A stretch of 64,000 nucleotides of DNA, from the NCBI GenBank assembly GCA_964016885.1, contig OZ024740.1, positions 146,196,001 to 146,260,000 of the forward strand, in the 5' to 3' direction. The position numbers and the translations under genes were made by a program. The stretch comes from Eledone cirrhosa. Taxonomy: Eukaryota. Below are positions 1 through 11,301 of the stretch, piece after piece (the stretch's first letter is position 1; each line of letters begins with the position of its first letter). The notes under the pieces were generated by a model that was given only the letters and a program-made list of their open reading frames with translations, ran no database searches and was not told the origin of the DNA.

Positions 1-85
1 GCCTCATGCCAAATATATTGTTTATCTGTTAGGTAATTTTACCAAACCACCCAATAAATATTGTTTCAGTTGTTGTAATTGTAGT

Positions 86-325
86 GAAGGTACATGGCTC
101 AGTGGTTAGGATGTTGGACTTGTGATCATAATGTTGTGGGTTTGACTCCTGGACTGGATAGCATATTGTATTCTTGAGTGAAACACTTCATTTCACATTG
201 CTCTAATACACTCAGCTATCATGAATATCATCTATAGCTCGGGATTAAACATGCGATAGACTGATATACTGCCCAGTGGTATCTTGAACCCTGTCTTATA
301 ACACTAATAAAGCCAAGATAAACAC
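86..325 (+). mobile_element. tRNA-derived SINE (CORE-like central domain), decayed
   Basis: A-box-like TGGCTCAGTGG and B-box-like GGTTTGACTCC, then TTCTTGAGTGAAACACTTCATTTCACATTGCTC. Homologous to copies at 14218, 15018 and 58325. End approximate. Confidence 0.75.
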
Positions 326-505
326 TCTGTTCCAAGCTAAATGTTTTTTTTTTTATTTTTTATTTTTTTTTTTTTTTTTAAATTGTAATCTTGATTATCT
401 AACTTAGCTTAGTTAAGATTTCTTCTAATGACTAAATATATCAAAAATATTAAATGTATGTTTTCATTTTTGCTTTGTGATAACAATATTTCTTCTATTC
501 TTCAG

Positions 506-706
506 GTTCTTGGAGCTGCTATCTTTGGATTCTGTCTTTGGCTTCGGTTAGACTTTTGGTATGACTATCCTATAGAAGTTGACTCAGTTCTGAAAATATA
601 CCATATTGCTATTTACATAGCAATTGCAGTTGGTGGGCTAATTATAATTTTTGGCATTATTGGATGTGTTGGTGCAATTGCTTCTCGTTTGGTGCTACTG
701 GTCCTG
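506..706 (+). CDS. Tetraspanin coding exon (end of TM1, EC1, TM2): VLGAAIFGFCLWLRLD...GIIGCVGAIASRLVLLVL
   Basis: ttcag acceptor ends at 505 and gtaagt donor starts at 707. 201 nt, phase 0. Contains the tetraspanin TM2 signature GxxGCxGA. The first coding exon is upstream of the window. Confidence 0.93.
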
Positions 707-725
707 GTAAGTCTGCTCTTTTTAA

Positions 726-836
726 TAATTGTTTCTACTTTTGGCACAAGGCCAGCAATTACCCAGTGCATTACTGGTACTTTATTTTATCGACCCCGTA
801 AGGATGAAAAGCAAAGTTAACCTCCGCGGGATTTAA
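726..836 (-). mobile_element. SINE fragment (Nin/Deu-domain-like)
   Basis: Reverse complement of CTTTTCATCCTTACGGGGTCGATAAAATAAAGTACC...GCTGGCCTTGTGCC. Near-identical to the 3' part of the copy at 57628-57799. Confidence 0.75.
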
Positions 837-2488
837 CCACTGTCACATACTGATAACATTTTTGCTGACTGTTGTTTGTGGGTGCAAATAAGAATTGACA
901 CACATCAAATTGCTAAGCTTCTATTTTATCTTGGCCCAGATAACACTACTCATACTTGGTAACTGCTCTCTCTTTTCACCCTCTTTAACTTTCATATACA
1001 CACACTCACACACATAATTTCTATTTCTCCCGTCTCTATCTTTCTCTCCATCTGCTTATTTTTTTCTTCCTTTCTACCCTTGTCTTTCTGCATCCTCTTC
1101 CTCATAACCCCCCCCACCCCACCCACCCCGTGTTTTTTTATCCTCCCTCATTTTCACCCCCCACCTCTGCACCTTTACATTCTTTTCCTTCTGTTCTGTC
1201 TGTCTCTTCTTTTATTTACTTTCTTTCTCTCTGTCATCTTCTAAACTACCTACTGCAAACAAGGAAAATATATTTAGAATGTTGGTGTAGGGAGACCCAA
1301 CTCTCTACTTTTTAAAATATTTTGTTTGCTTTACTGTATCATTTTCTGATGGCTCTGTGGTTTATTCGCGCCTGGAGATGCAGGTTGCTATTTTTTTATT
1401 TTTTATTCAGACATTCATAACATCAGTATATATAGTTACTGAATAACTGTCATAAAGAGACCTGTAAAGCTTAAGGAATTACATTGACTTTGCTAATGAA
1501 TTAAAGACATTATGATAGTTAAGAAGTCCATCTCATTTGTAATTGGTACAACTGGAATGATCCAAAACTGTTCATGTAATGAGATTCACAGGTTATCTAG
1601 AGATAGAATCATGTTCCAGAAAAAGCAATATTGGCCATTTGTATGCATGTTTTCCAAGATGTAATCAATTCTTTTTGATTCAACCCTCAAATTCCTATAT
1701 TTCTGTGTTCCAGTTCATTTTAAAATAACCAAAAATGTTGTTGAATTTAACAAAATGACTTTATTTGTAAGCTGATCTTTAGAACATTAACACAAATTTC
1801 TAAAATAAAAATCATGATGGAAGGTTTTAATATAGGGATAAACATTTTTAAATGAGCAGCTTTGTATCATGAATCTAGGATTTCAGACAGATATCAGCAG
1901 GGATAAAAAAAATGTTTGATATACCCATCAATAAAAGATTTCTGTTAATATGAAACAATATAATAGTCTGTGTATTTTAAATAGTTATTATGGCTCTACT
2001 ACAAAGCAGTTATATCAATACATGATCTCTGATCAAATACTTGCCTAACAAGTAGAATAAAACAATTCCTTGATTTCTCTAATTTTAAAGAGATGAATAA
2101 CGGTCTCTTATGTAACAGTCTGTTTCTACCTACTGTAGAGACTATTGATTTTTTTCACGAGAAACACGAAGAGCTTTAAGGAATATATGTGATGTTTCTC
2201 GGTATTCAGCAGCAGATATCAAAGAACAAGATGAAATAAAATAGCACAGAAAGACAGTTTCAAATGTCATGATAAAAAAGGAAATTAAAGGAATGAAAGT
2301 TAAAATATATAGATATAGAGAAACATAGCAGATAAATTATTTTAAATGGTTCTGTATCTTTGCTATGAGCTATAAATACAAAAATGAAGTTCAATTGCTC
2401 TATATTTTTAACTTTAAATGCAATATGTCCTCTATTTCTTTCTTTTAGTAAAATAGGTTTTCAAAAGGTTATTCATATATATATTATA

Positions 2489-2675
2489 TGTATGAAAGAG
2501 TCGTTACCCCGACGGCTGAGCTCTTGCCATTTCAACAACTAGTACTGTCTGGAACTAGCTGTTGAAACGGCAAGAGCTCAGCCATTTGGGTCTCGACTCT
2601 TTCATATAACCATACTCTACTACCCCAAGTATCGAGTACTCTGGTGAGTAATGGTCTAAACAGGTTTTTAATGCA
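2489..2675 (+). mobile_element. Short Penelope-like terminal fragment with 5' inversion (~53-bp stem hairpin) between TA tracts
   Basis: Arms at 2491-2543 and 2554-2606 with a 10-nt loop. The right arm contains GAAACGGC, and a unique tail runs into (TA)n. Confidence 0.55.
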
Positions 2676-2749
2676 TATATATATATATATAGCGTGGAAG
2701 ATGGACATTAAACGATGATGATGATATATATATACTCACACACACACAC

Positions 2750-2859
2750 CAGTATTCTGATGATTTGATCAGGCAAAGACTGTAATTAAGGTCGAGTGAC
2801 ATAACTTCTAATGGTCAGCGGCTTTTAGACTCACCTGATTAAAGAAACAATTAATACTG
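2750..2859 (+). ncRNA. Type I hammerhead ribozyme-like motif with long stem II insertion (degenerate stem III)
   Basis: Stem I CAGTATT/AATACTG, core CTGATGA (2757-2763), stem II TTTGATCAGG/CCTGATTAAA, GAAAC (2844-2848). Followed by AATAAA and a TA tract. Confidence 0.65.
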
Positions 2860-3111
2860 TAAATAAACCCTTTTGTACAGCCGACCATGTTATTCTTCAT
2901 TCTTTTAATTTATATATATGTATATATATATTTACTGGATTAGAATCATTTCATTTGTATGAAATCAATTTCATACAGATGCAACAGTTCTAGTCCTGTA
3001 GAAGTCATTTCTATCTAAAATAAATATGCTTCTTCTCTATGAATATATTGAGTACCTTATTTAACTCTGGTTTTTTTCTGATCCCCTTTGGAAAACCATC
3101 CTTAATTTTAT

Positions 3112-3560
3112 TTATAGCTGTACTTTGAATTCCTTGCTAAACTCACTTCCTACTCTTACTTTACTAACAGTTCCTCTGTACATGGCTTGCACTGCTCTCT
3201 CCTCTGTACATGGCTTGCACTGCTCTCTCCTCTGTACATGGCTTGCACTGCTCTCTCCTCTGTACATGGCTTGCACTGCTCTCTCCTCTGTACATGGCTT
3301 GCACTGCTCTCTCCTCTGTACATGGCTTGCACTGCTCTCTCCTCTGTACATGGCTTGCACTGCTCTCTCCTCTGTACATGGCTTGCACTGCTCTCTCCTC
3401 TGTACATGGCTTGCACTGCTCTCTCCTCTGTACATGGCTTGCACTGCTCTACACCTAGTTTCCTTAATACCACCAGATGACAGGATGTGGTTCTCTGGCA
3501 AAGAATGCTGCTTTCCATGCATAGAGTACTATCCTGATTTGTGGTCTCCCTGGTCTTGGC
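3112..3560 (-). mobile_element. RTE LINE RT fragment carrying an internal 28-bp tandem amplification
   Basis: VQAMYRGTVSKVRVGSEFSKEFKVQL matches the RT of the RTE ORF at 62080-63141. Confidence 0.8.
3173..3450. repeat. 28-bp tandem repeat, ~10 identical copies (CCTCTGTACATGGCTTGCACTGCTCTCT)
   Basis: Read directly. The ORF translations repeat every 28 aa, which equals 3 units. Confidence 0.95.
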
Positions 3561-3568
3561 ATTGCAAG

Positions 3569-3613
3569 CTCTCTCTCTCTTTCTCTCTTTCTCTCTTTCT
3601 CTCTTTTTCTCTT

Positions 3614-3658
<45 letters not shown>

Positions 3659-3731
3659 GTCTCTCTCTGTCTCTCTCTGTCTCTCTCTTTTTCTCTCTCT
3701 CTCTCTCTTTTTCTCTCTCTCTCTCTCTCTC
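3569..3731. repeat. (CT)n-rich microsatellite
   Basis: Read directly. Confidence 0.95.
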
Positions 3732-3797
3732 AACATGTTGCTCACAAAATGTAGTGCTAAAGTGGAGTTATAACACTATTAGAGTATTTTACAATGA

Positions 3798-3998
3798 TTA
3801 ATCTTTTAGCATTTACATTACTCTATATTTATTATTGTATTTTCACAGAAAAGGCTTTACTTCACATAATTCTCACATAATATTGAATCTGAGATTTTCA
3901 TATTTGTTTGAGAACAATACCTTAACATAAGTATGAGTGGCCAGAAAGAGGTGAGAGAATTCTGGCCAGATATGGCCGATTTAAATGCTAAAGGGTTA
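3798..3998 (-). mobile_element. piggyBac-type TTAA MITE
   Basis: Ends ttaatcttttagcattta ... taaatgctaaagggttaa. Reverse-orientation homolog of 52784-53011. Confidence 0.75.
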
Positions 3999-4197
3999 AG
4001 ACTTAAGATTGAGAAACCATGAACAGCTTTGTTTACACAGACCTATGTCATGAAGTCACCAGCTTGGTTTTACTATTTAGATATTCTAAACATCAATCTA
4101 TTTTGATATCATGTACACGATGACCTGTCATAATTGCTTTGGATAGAGGGAGTCAATCAGCCATGTAACATCAGTTTGCTTATCCAATCTATTCCTG

Positions 4198-4421
4198 TTG
4201 TAACCATTTTGTTGCCATATTTCTAGTGAAATGCACTATTTGAATTAATAAAGAATCTGAAAGGATTTACTAAAATTATTTCATTAAGATAGTATTTTTA
4301 GCATAACAAAAGCTTGTCACAAAACCTTGTCACTAGATTTTATTTAAATAACCTAAAATGGATGGTTTTTGTTTCACAGAACCAGATATGGTTTTGGGTG
4401 GATTAGGATCAGAAGGGTTAA
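4198..4421. mobile_element. Second TTAA MITE family, decayed (related copies ~1700-1900, 5046-5315, 15925-16165, 50697-50950)
   Basis: Ends taaccattttgtt ... atcagaagggttaa, with a shared internal AT-rich sequence. Boundaries approximate. Confidence 0.55.
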
Positions 4422-5630
4422 AGACTGTAGTGGTAGCTGGAGCAGATTTGGTCAAAGGACACTTCAGTTATTGCAAAACATTCCTATATCTTTAGCACTC
4501 AACATATGTACAGTTTGCAGTTAATCTGGCTATTGATACTTCAGCTATTTTGGTCTGTCTGTAGTATGTGTTATTGTACATGTTTGTGCATGCTAGTCGA
4601 ATGGCAGTTAAAGCTTATGTAGCTTATGATAATGGAGGTTATTAGTCAGCTCTGGTCAAAACAAACTTGTGATCAGACATTCCAGCTATGACTATTTCAT
4701 CTTGTACTTTCAGACAATCTGTATCTAGGATGACATTATCCAATGAGTATTTTCCATTAAGATTGTAGGTAGTGATCTGAGATTTAGCTGTTACTTTTAG
4801 CAAGTTGATCAACCTCATTCAGGTTCTCTTGTTTGAGTGTGTGTGTTTAGGATTTATGGAAGAAAGTGAAACAGGACTAGCCTAACTTCATGAATATAGA
4901 TAAGGCGTTAGAGTTGTGTATTACATGCTTTTATACCTCCTGAAATATTCACTAAAAAGAAACTTATGGTTGAAAGTTTTGTAATCTAGATAGGTATTTA
5001 TATAATTTTGTTTTTAATTGAAAGGAAGGTGTAGTGCACTGAAGGTTAATTCTTTTGTTACTATATTTTTAATGGATACTGCCTAAAATTTTCAAATAAT
5101 TTTGAAAATAACCAAGAATTTGAAGGAATTTAATATAACTTTCTCATTAAGTTTGGAACATAAATGGCCTTACAGAAAATTTATGATGGCCATTTTTTTT
5201 ATTTATTTTTTTTTTTATTTTTTTTTTTTATATTATAGATGAATATAGTTTAAAATAAGCAGTTTTGTATCATTGAACTAAAGGTGGCTCCAAAAATTTG
5301 GTATCAAAGGGGTTAAACAGATGGCTCCCTTTGCTTGAGACTGGTCACCAGAAGGTTTGTACCTGAAAAGTTCCTCTGCAAGGTGCAAACTTGGACAATG
5401 TTTTGTGGACAATGTGTTTTGTGGAAGACCTGTTATCCATGCATTTCAGCCAACCTTGTCAAAGGCTAATACAGCTTGACACCAGTGTCATCATAACTCA
5501 TTTTTCCAGCTGAGGGAACAGGAGCAAGTGAAATAAGGCTTTTCTTAAGGACACAGTGCGCCACTCAATCTGAGGAAACACTCAGAACCTTTCAATTTTG
5601 AATCCAACAAGTGCCACATGCTACAAAGAC

Positions 5631-5684
5631 AAATGTCTGATGACCCTGTGATAAACAAACGGGTGAAACTCCAGAGTAACAAGA
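5631..5684 (+). ncRNA. Type I hammerhead ribozyme-like motif
   Basis: TGT-CTGATGA-CCC...GGGT-GAAACTC-CA-GAGTA-ACA. Stem III is ACTC/GAGT and the GUA triplet is at 5676-5678. Stem I is only 3 bp and the stem II base is imperfect. Confidence 0.65.
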
Positions 5685-5826
5685 TTCACTATTTAGTTTT
5701 AAATAAATGAGCGCACATACACCACACGCACACATGCACTAATTATTAAGACCAACATCCGAAAAGGGCTTGATAAGGATTATATATATGTATAAACCTG
5801 TAGAGCAAATATTTATTATTAGTAGT

Positions 5827-5832
<6 letters not shown>

Positions 5833-5874
<42 letters not shown>
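5833..5874. repeat. (TA)n microsatellite
   Basis: Read directly. Confidence 0.95.
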
Positions 5875-5877
<3 letters not shown>

Positions 5878-6439
5878 CTCACAGTAAAGAGACAAACACA
5901 GATATAAGTGTGTTCAAATCACAAGGGACGCAAACCACCAGGGTGAAGAAAATACTGACTAAAGTACGGTTCACAAAACTCGATTAAAAGGATAAATTAA
6001 GATTTACAAACTGATAACTATCAACATCCAGACAGCTTTAGGTAGAACTGTTTCACAAGTCAGTGAAGAGTTAAAGGTCCAATGGATGTTCAGACCAGTA
6101 ATCACTCCACTACTAAATTTCTTAGACTAAATAATGCAAATGTGTTAAGAGAGCACATGGTTATCGCGAGTCGAATAGGACGTAAGCAACTGAAAAATAG
6201 CAGCTAGAACCATTCGTAATGTAAATGAAATGAAGTGATTAATTATTGAAATAAAATGGGATGATTTACTGAAACCTACCTTTTTCTTTTCAATGCTCAC
6301 TCTGTTTGTATGTGTTTAAGTTTTTCTGTGTTTGTATATGCATGCATGCATTTATAACATTAACAGTAGTTTCATTTATTTTCATTTGATAATTTTGAAA
6401 TCATATTTTTGTGATCATAAAGTTTATTAATGAACAAAG

Positions 6440-6920
6440 TAAATTTAGATTGAAAAGGTTCAAGTATCTAGGGCTGTTATGAGTGATAGCAGGTAGGGTA
6501 CTGAATTAAGTGAAAGATTTGCAGGAGCTGGTGAAGCAATTTCAGCATTCAGTCATCAGGAGGTAGGTGTAAAAGCCAAACTCGCTACCTTAAATTTGCT
6601 ATTCATGCCAATGGTTGTGAACTTTGGGTAATGACCAAAATAATTCGATTGCAAATACAAATGGCCAAAATGGGGTTTCCTCCATAGATTCTTTGGAGTA
6701 ACATTATTTGATAGTGCAGAGTTTGGAAATCAGTTGTTCCAGGTAGAGCCGCTATTTCTCTGAATTGACATTCAGTCAGAATGTCTAAGGAAAGAATTGC
6801 TAGACAGTTTTTACAGGCAAAAACAACCAGCAGAAGACACCCCCCCCCCCCCCCCCCCCCCAAGCAAGATAGTAGAATAACATCCACGAGCTCGACTGGT
6901 CTCACTTGAGGATCCAGCTG
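6440..6920 (+). mobile_element. Highly decayed RTE-type LINE 3' RT fragment
   Basis: Remnant FKYLG and GCELWVMTK motifs. Boundaries approximate. Confidence 0.5.
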
Positions 6921-8899
6921 GGTCAATTGGAGACAGCAGCTTCTGACAGGACCCTCCCAGGAATAGGTTGGCAAAGAATTAACACACAAGCTGCTAAACA
7001 CTAGTGAAATGTTAAGATAGTTGGTCTTTGAGACTAAAACTGGAATCAAATAATTTTTTTATTGCTATTTTGAAGGACATTATCTTTTATTTAAACATAC
7101 AGAAACAAACATGTTTTATTAAAAAAATCAAAATGCTTTTGTTTAGAAACAATGGCATCATATACAGCCACTTGGTAGACTTAAATACTATATTATCATT
7201 TTTTAATGCAGAGAGTTTAAGTGTTAGGCTCAATTAGAAGCTGCTATCATTCTAAAACTGACACTGATAGTAAGATATGTCTTTAGAAAAGTTACTCATA
7301 ATTCAAAAATTCTAATATATATAAATATAAAATATTAAATATCAAATTTTGGTCAGACAGAACAAAAAAGAAATAAAATGTGAGCAGAAAATCAATTTTG
7401 CCTCTTCAAGTGGTTCAGTTGAATTTCTTCTTCTTCACAAGATCAAAGTTGCAGATGACGAATAGCCAATTTATTTTTATTTCATAGATCACCTGACAAG
7501 TAGACTTAATAAACAGAAAAAACCAGCAAGTCACTGTGAAATCGATAGCTATTCTTTATGTGACCTTTCCAATTTGATCCTGTGAAAAGAATCCAATGAG
7601 GTCACAATTAGGTGAAGAAGCAATGGATTGAAAAAACAAAATTTTGTTATATTTTCTAACATGGCATGTTTCTTTCTTTTTTTTTTTTTTTAATTCTGTC
7701 TGGCCGAAATTTGATAGTATGAAATGGTAAAGAACAAAATAATTCAGCTAACAGAAAATGTAATGCAGTTTTTAATCACTCTAAACTGTTTTGTAAAGTA
7801 CAGTAAAAATTTTTATTATCATACTAATAGTCATCTGACCTTTTGTTTTAATTCTTATATCTTTATGGAAGGGCCATGCATATTTAATATATTTTTCATT
7901 AAAAACATCTCAAAATGTCACTGTTCAGTATTGTCAGACTTGTATTTATCTAAAACTCACAGGAGATGAAGACAAAGGTCAAAGAGACAAAATAGCTGTA
8001 AATTACGCATAGTTATTCTATTTCTTGCCATTCATTGTTAGTGCTTTTATAAAAGTTCAAAATGTGAATTTAATTTGTTCTTCAAAAAATGATCTGTGTT
8101 GTCCTAAAACATTATCAGAGGTCACAAATAGTTTAACAAATCTAGTTTAATGAAAAGTAAAGTTCTGTATTTCTATTTGAGTTGTTTAGTAGCTGTTGAT
8201 GTGTATTTATAGAAGCTTCGTGCGTGTGCGTGTGTGTGTGTGGGGGGGGGGGGGGGGTAAATCTCTTCCGAAGCAAGCAATTATCTGTAGAATAAGCTTC
8301 TTTGCAGTATTAGTATACCATGTGGTATATATTCTGGCTACTTGCATTCTGAGTCCAAATCTTGAGGTCAACTTTGCCTTTCATCCTTCCAGAGTTGTCA
8401 TGTTTTGACACAGCTGAAGAATCCTCCAAATTGTTTGTTTGGCAGGTTTTCTGTGGCTGGATATTCTTACCAACCACTTTACAGTGTGTATATTGCGTGC
8501 ATTTATCATATAGCTCACCAATACTAGAGAGGTTGTTTGTACCCTTAACACAACTGAAGAGTCCTCTTGAACCTTATTTGGCATCTGTTCAGAATATGTC
8601 CCTCTATAATATATTTGCCTTCGACTAAACACAGAAAATCAATCCGTACATCTTCCATTTGCCTCATTCTAATTGAACAGCAGGACTGTGGGCTCTTGTT
8701 AAACAAGATTTCTTTAGTTCAGTACAGTTCATTCACTATTGTGTTCTATAGTGCTTAGATTTTTCATAAGCCACACAACAGTAAGTGTGGCACCCAATCC
8801 ACAATTGGGGTCATGGACATTGCACCATGAAGATGAGTGACATTAATTTACATTCCATCTTGGTAAGGCAGGGACTTGTGACATTGTAGCGTATGTGTG

Positions 8900-10340
8900 T
8901 AAAATCATTATCACTATTTTATCCACTTTTCCTTGCTTGGGACTGGTTCTTTCCAGCACAGCATCTCTCCAATCATTGTGGCCCTTTGCCATCTCCTCTA
9001 TGAAATTCAGTGATATGAGATCAGCACTGACAACCTCTGCCTAGATTTTCTTGATCTGCCTCTACCACCAATCCCTTCCCCTGGGATTTCTTGGCACTTC
9101 ACTCAACCATCATCATCATCCATACTTATCACATGGCCATATCAGTGCAGTCTTCTCTCCTGCACACATCTAATTCTTTTTATATCCAGCCTCTCTCTGC
9201 TCATCTATACTTTGCCTTTCATGTGTATTAATATTGCACATCTATTGAAGCATGCTTGCTTCATCTCTTTCTAGCCTTCACATATCTTCCAAGTTCACTG
9301 TCCATGTCTCACTAACCATACATCACACTCTGTACACAAGCATCATACAGATGGCTTTTCTTTCATTGAGAGAAACTTAGCTATTATACTCTTGGTGCAG
9401 CCTCCTCCCTCACCTAGGTAACAGAAGCTATCAACTACTTCCTGGAATTGGAAAATGTGTATTTTACTTGTTCTTACTACTAACTATCCCTGTGCATCTG
9501 CCGCATATAAAGTTTATCCTTTCTGTCAGCCTGTCTAGTATACTAGTAGGCTTCGTGTGTACATCATTTAGTGTTACCACCTACTCCTTTTCCACGTATA
9601 GAGCAAGGCCACTTTCCAGGGTCTTGTCTTCTTTCCTGCTTATCAGAACTTTAGTTTTTCCAAAGTTTACTCTAAGCCCTTTTGATTCTAAGTTCTGTTT
9701 CCAAAGCCAGAGTTTTTTCTCTAGCTCTTTCACAGATTTGATTATTTGAGCCAGGTCATTGGCATACAGGAATTTCCATGGGTAACCTATCTTACTCATG
9801 TTATTGCCTGCAGAACTATAGGCAGGAGTGAACTGAGGATGGTGCTCCAATGTTTTTTTTTTTTGCAATGAACTTAGTGTTTAAAATCATCTGTCTATCT
9901 CATTACTTTAAACAAGTAAAAAGTCACTCTGGTTTGTGGGTTTGCCTGATTAATAGGTGATCAGGTGGCAGACCAGTTTCTCGAAATTAGTGTCTCAAAA
10001 TAGTCAGTTCACTTGTATTACATAATTCTAGGAGCCTCACTCCCCCGCCATTTTTTTTTTAGCCATAATCATATCCACCATGTACTTCAGTGTATCCATC
10101 CCAGTGCTGTCCAACATATCTGCTGAAGTTGCCAGCTTAGATGATGTCTCTCTCATCTGTAACAGAAGTTGACTGTAAAAGTTCCTTATTTAGTCCTGCT
10201 TGTAGTGCTTATCTAAAGATAATTGTTATCTGAGTTTCATAATTCTGTCACTTACTCTAACTACTCAGATTACCTTATCTATCCACTTCAAAGCTAGTAG
10301 AATGCCTGCCCACCTATTCTGTCATCATTACACACACACA
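8900..10340 (-). mobile_element. Decayed RTE LINE fragments
   Basis: Minus-strand GYPWKFLYANDLA...WKQNLESKGLRVNFGKTKVL matches the RTE RT elsewhere in the window, and EN remnants lie further right. Confidence 0.75.
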
Positions 10341-10859
10341 CACCTGCCTAAATAGTGGTAAAACAAAGGTGACTCAATGTTTGTTTCAGAATATGTATTT
10401 TTTGGATTTGTTTCATTACATATTCACATTACAACTGAGTTCCATTTCATGGAACCTCTCTTTCTCTCTTTCTCTTTCTCTTTCTCTCAACCACTTAATT
10501 CTAGATTTATTGTGTGGCAGCTTGAACAGCTGTTTTATTTTCCTGTAGCTTTGGGTTGACTAATACTTTGAGTAAAATTTGCTAGGAAACTGTGATGTAG
10601 TCTAGGAAGTATAAAATACTTTGGTCTCATGCCAAACATGTCTTTAAATCTTTATCTGCTACTTCCACCAGCTTCTTGATAGTCTGTCGCTCATCTCTTT
10701 CTTGCCTATTCTCTGTACCAGAGATGGCATTGGATCTGTCTTACCTTCTCATCTCTGATGTTCATTCACCCATTCTTCTTCCTACTTACTGCACTATGAC
10801 ACCCACATAATATGGGGATGTCTTCAGACCCCCCCCCCCCCAACCGATATATCCTCCCA

Positions 10860-11301
10860 GATAACCTCACTAGTGCTAGTGTCATGGCCATCATCATATC
10901 TTGTCGCGCCAGTGCCATATCCATTGAAGTGCAGCGTCATTTTCTTCCATCAGGTCTTGGTAGGAGCATGTGGGTCCCAGTGAGCACCCACGGAGGATGT
11001 GGGCTATGGTCTGGGAGGTCTCGCCGCAGGGGCACTCAGCGCAGGTGGCCAATCCCCACTTGTGGAGGTTGTCTCCAGTTTTGCCTGTTTTGGCTCTGGC
11101 CCGGTTTAGGGTTACCCAGTCCTTTCTGCTAAGAGATGTTCCATTTGGGAGGCTTTCATTTGAGCTTGGTAAGGCCGCGTTGGGTGGGCGGTGGTCACTC
11201 TCCCTCCACTTTTCCAACCTGTAAGCCACCGATTGTTCATGCTCCAGGCTATCCACGGTTAAGCTTTTTCGAGATTTTGTCTTCTTGTTTCCTGGTGTCA
11301 T
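10860..11301 (-). mobile_element. Vingi/Ingi-like non-LTR retrotransposon 3' end with CCHC knuckle
   Basis: WVTLNRARAKTGKTGDNLHKWG...CPCGETSQTIAHILRGC is typical of the C-terminus of I-group (Vingi/Ingi) ORFs. Confidence 0.65.

Noticed and set aside
428-820. 130-aa ORF as a complete membrane protein
   Set aside because: Only 506-706 is bounded by splice sites. The rest is intron and SINE read-through.
2114-2126. Minus-strand GAAACAGACTGTT resembling a hammerhead stem III
   Set aside because: No credible core or closing stems I and II could be found. At most a relic.
3173-3450. 28-bp repeats as a CRISPR array or a repeat protein
   Set aside because: No spacers, eukaryotic context, and the unit derives from LINE RT sequence.
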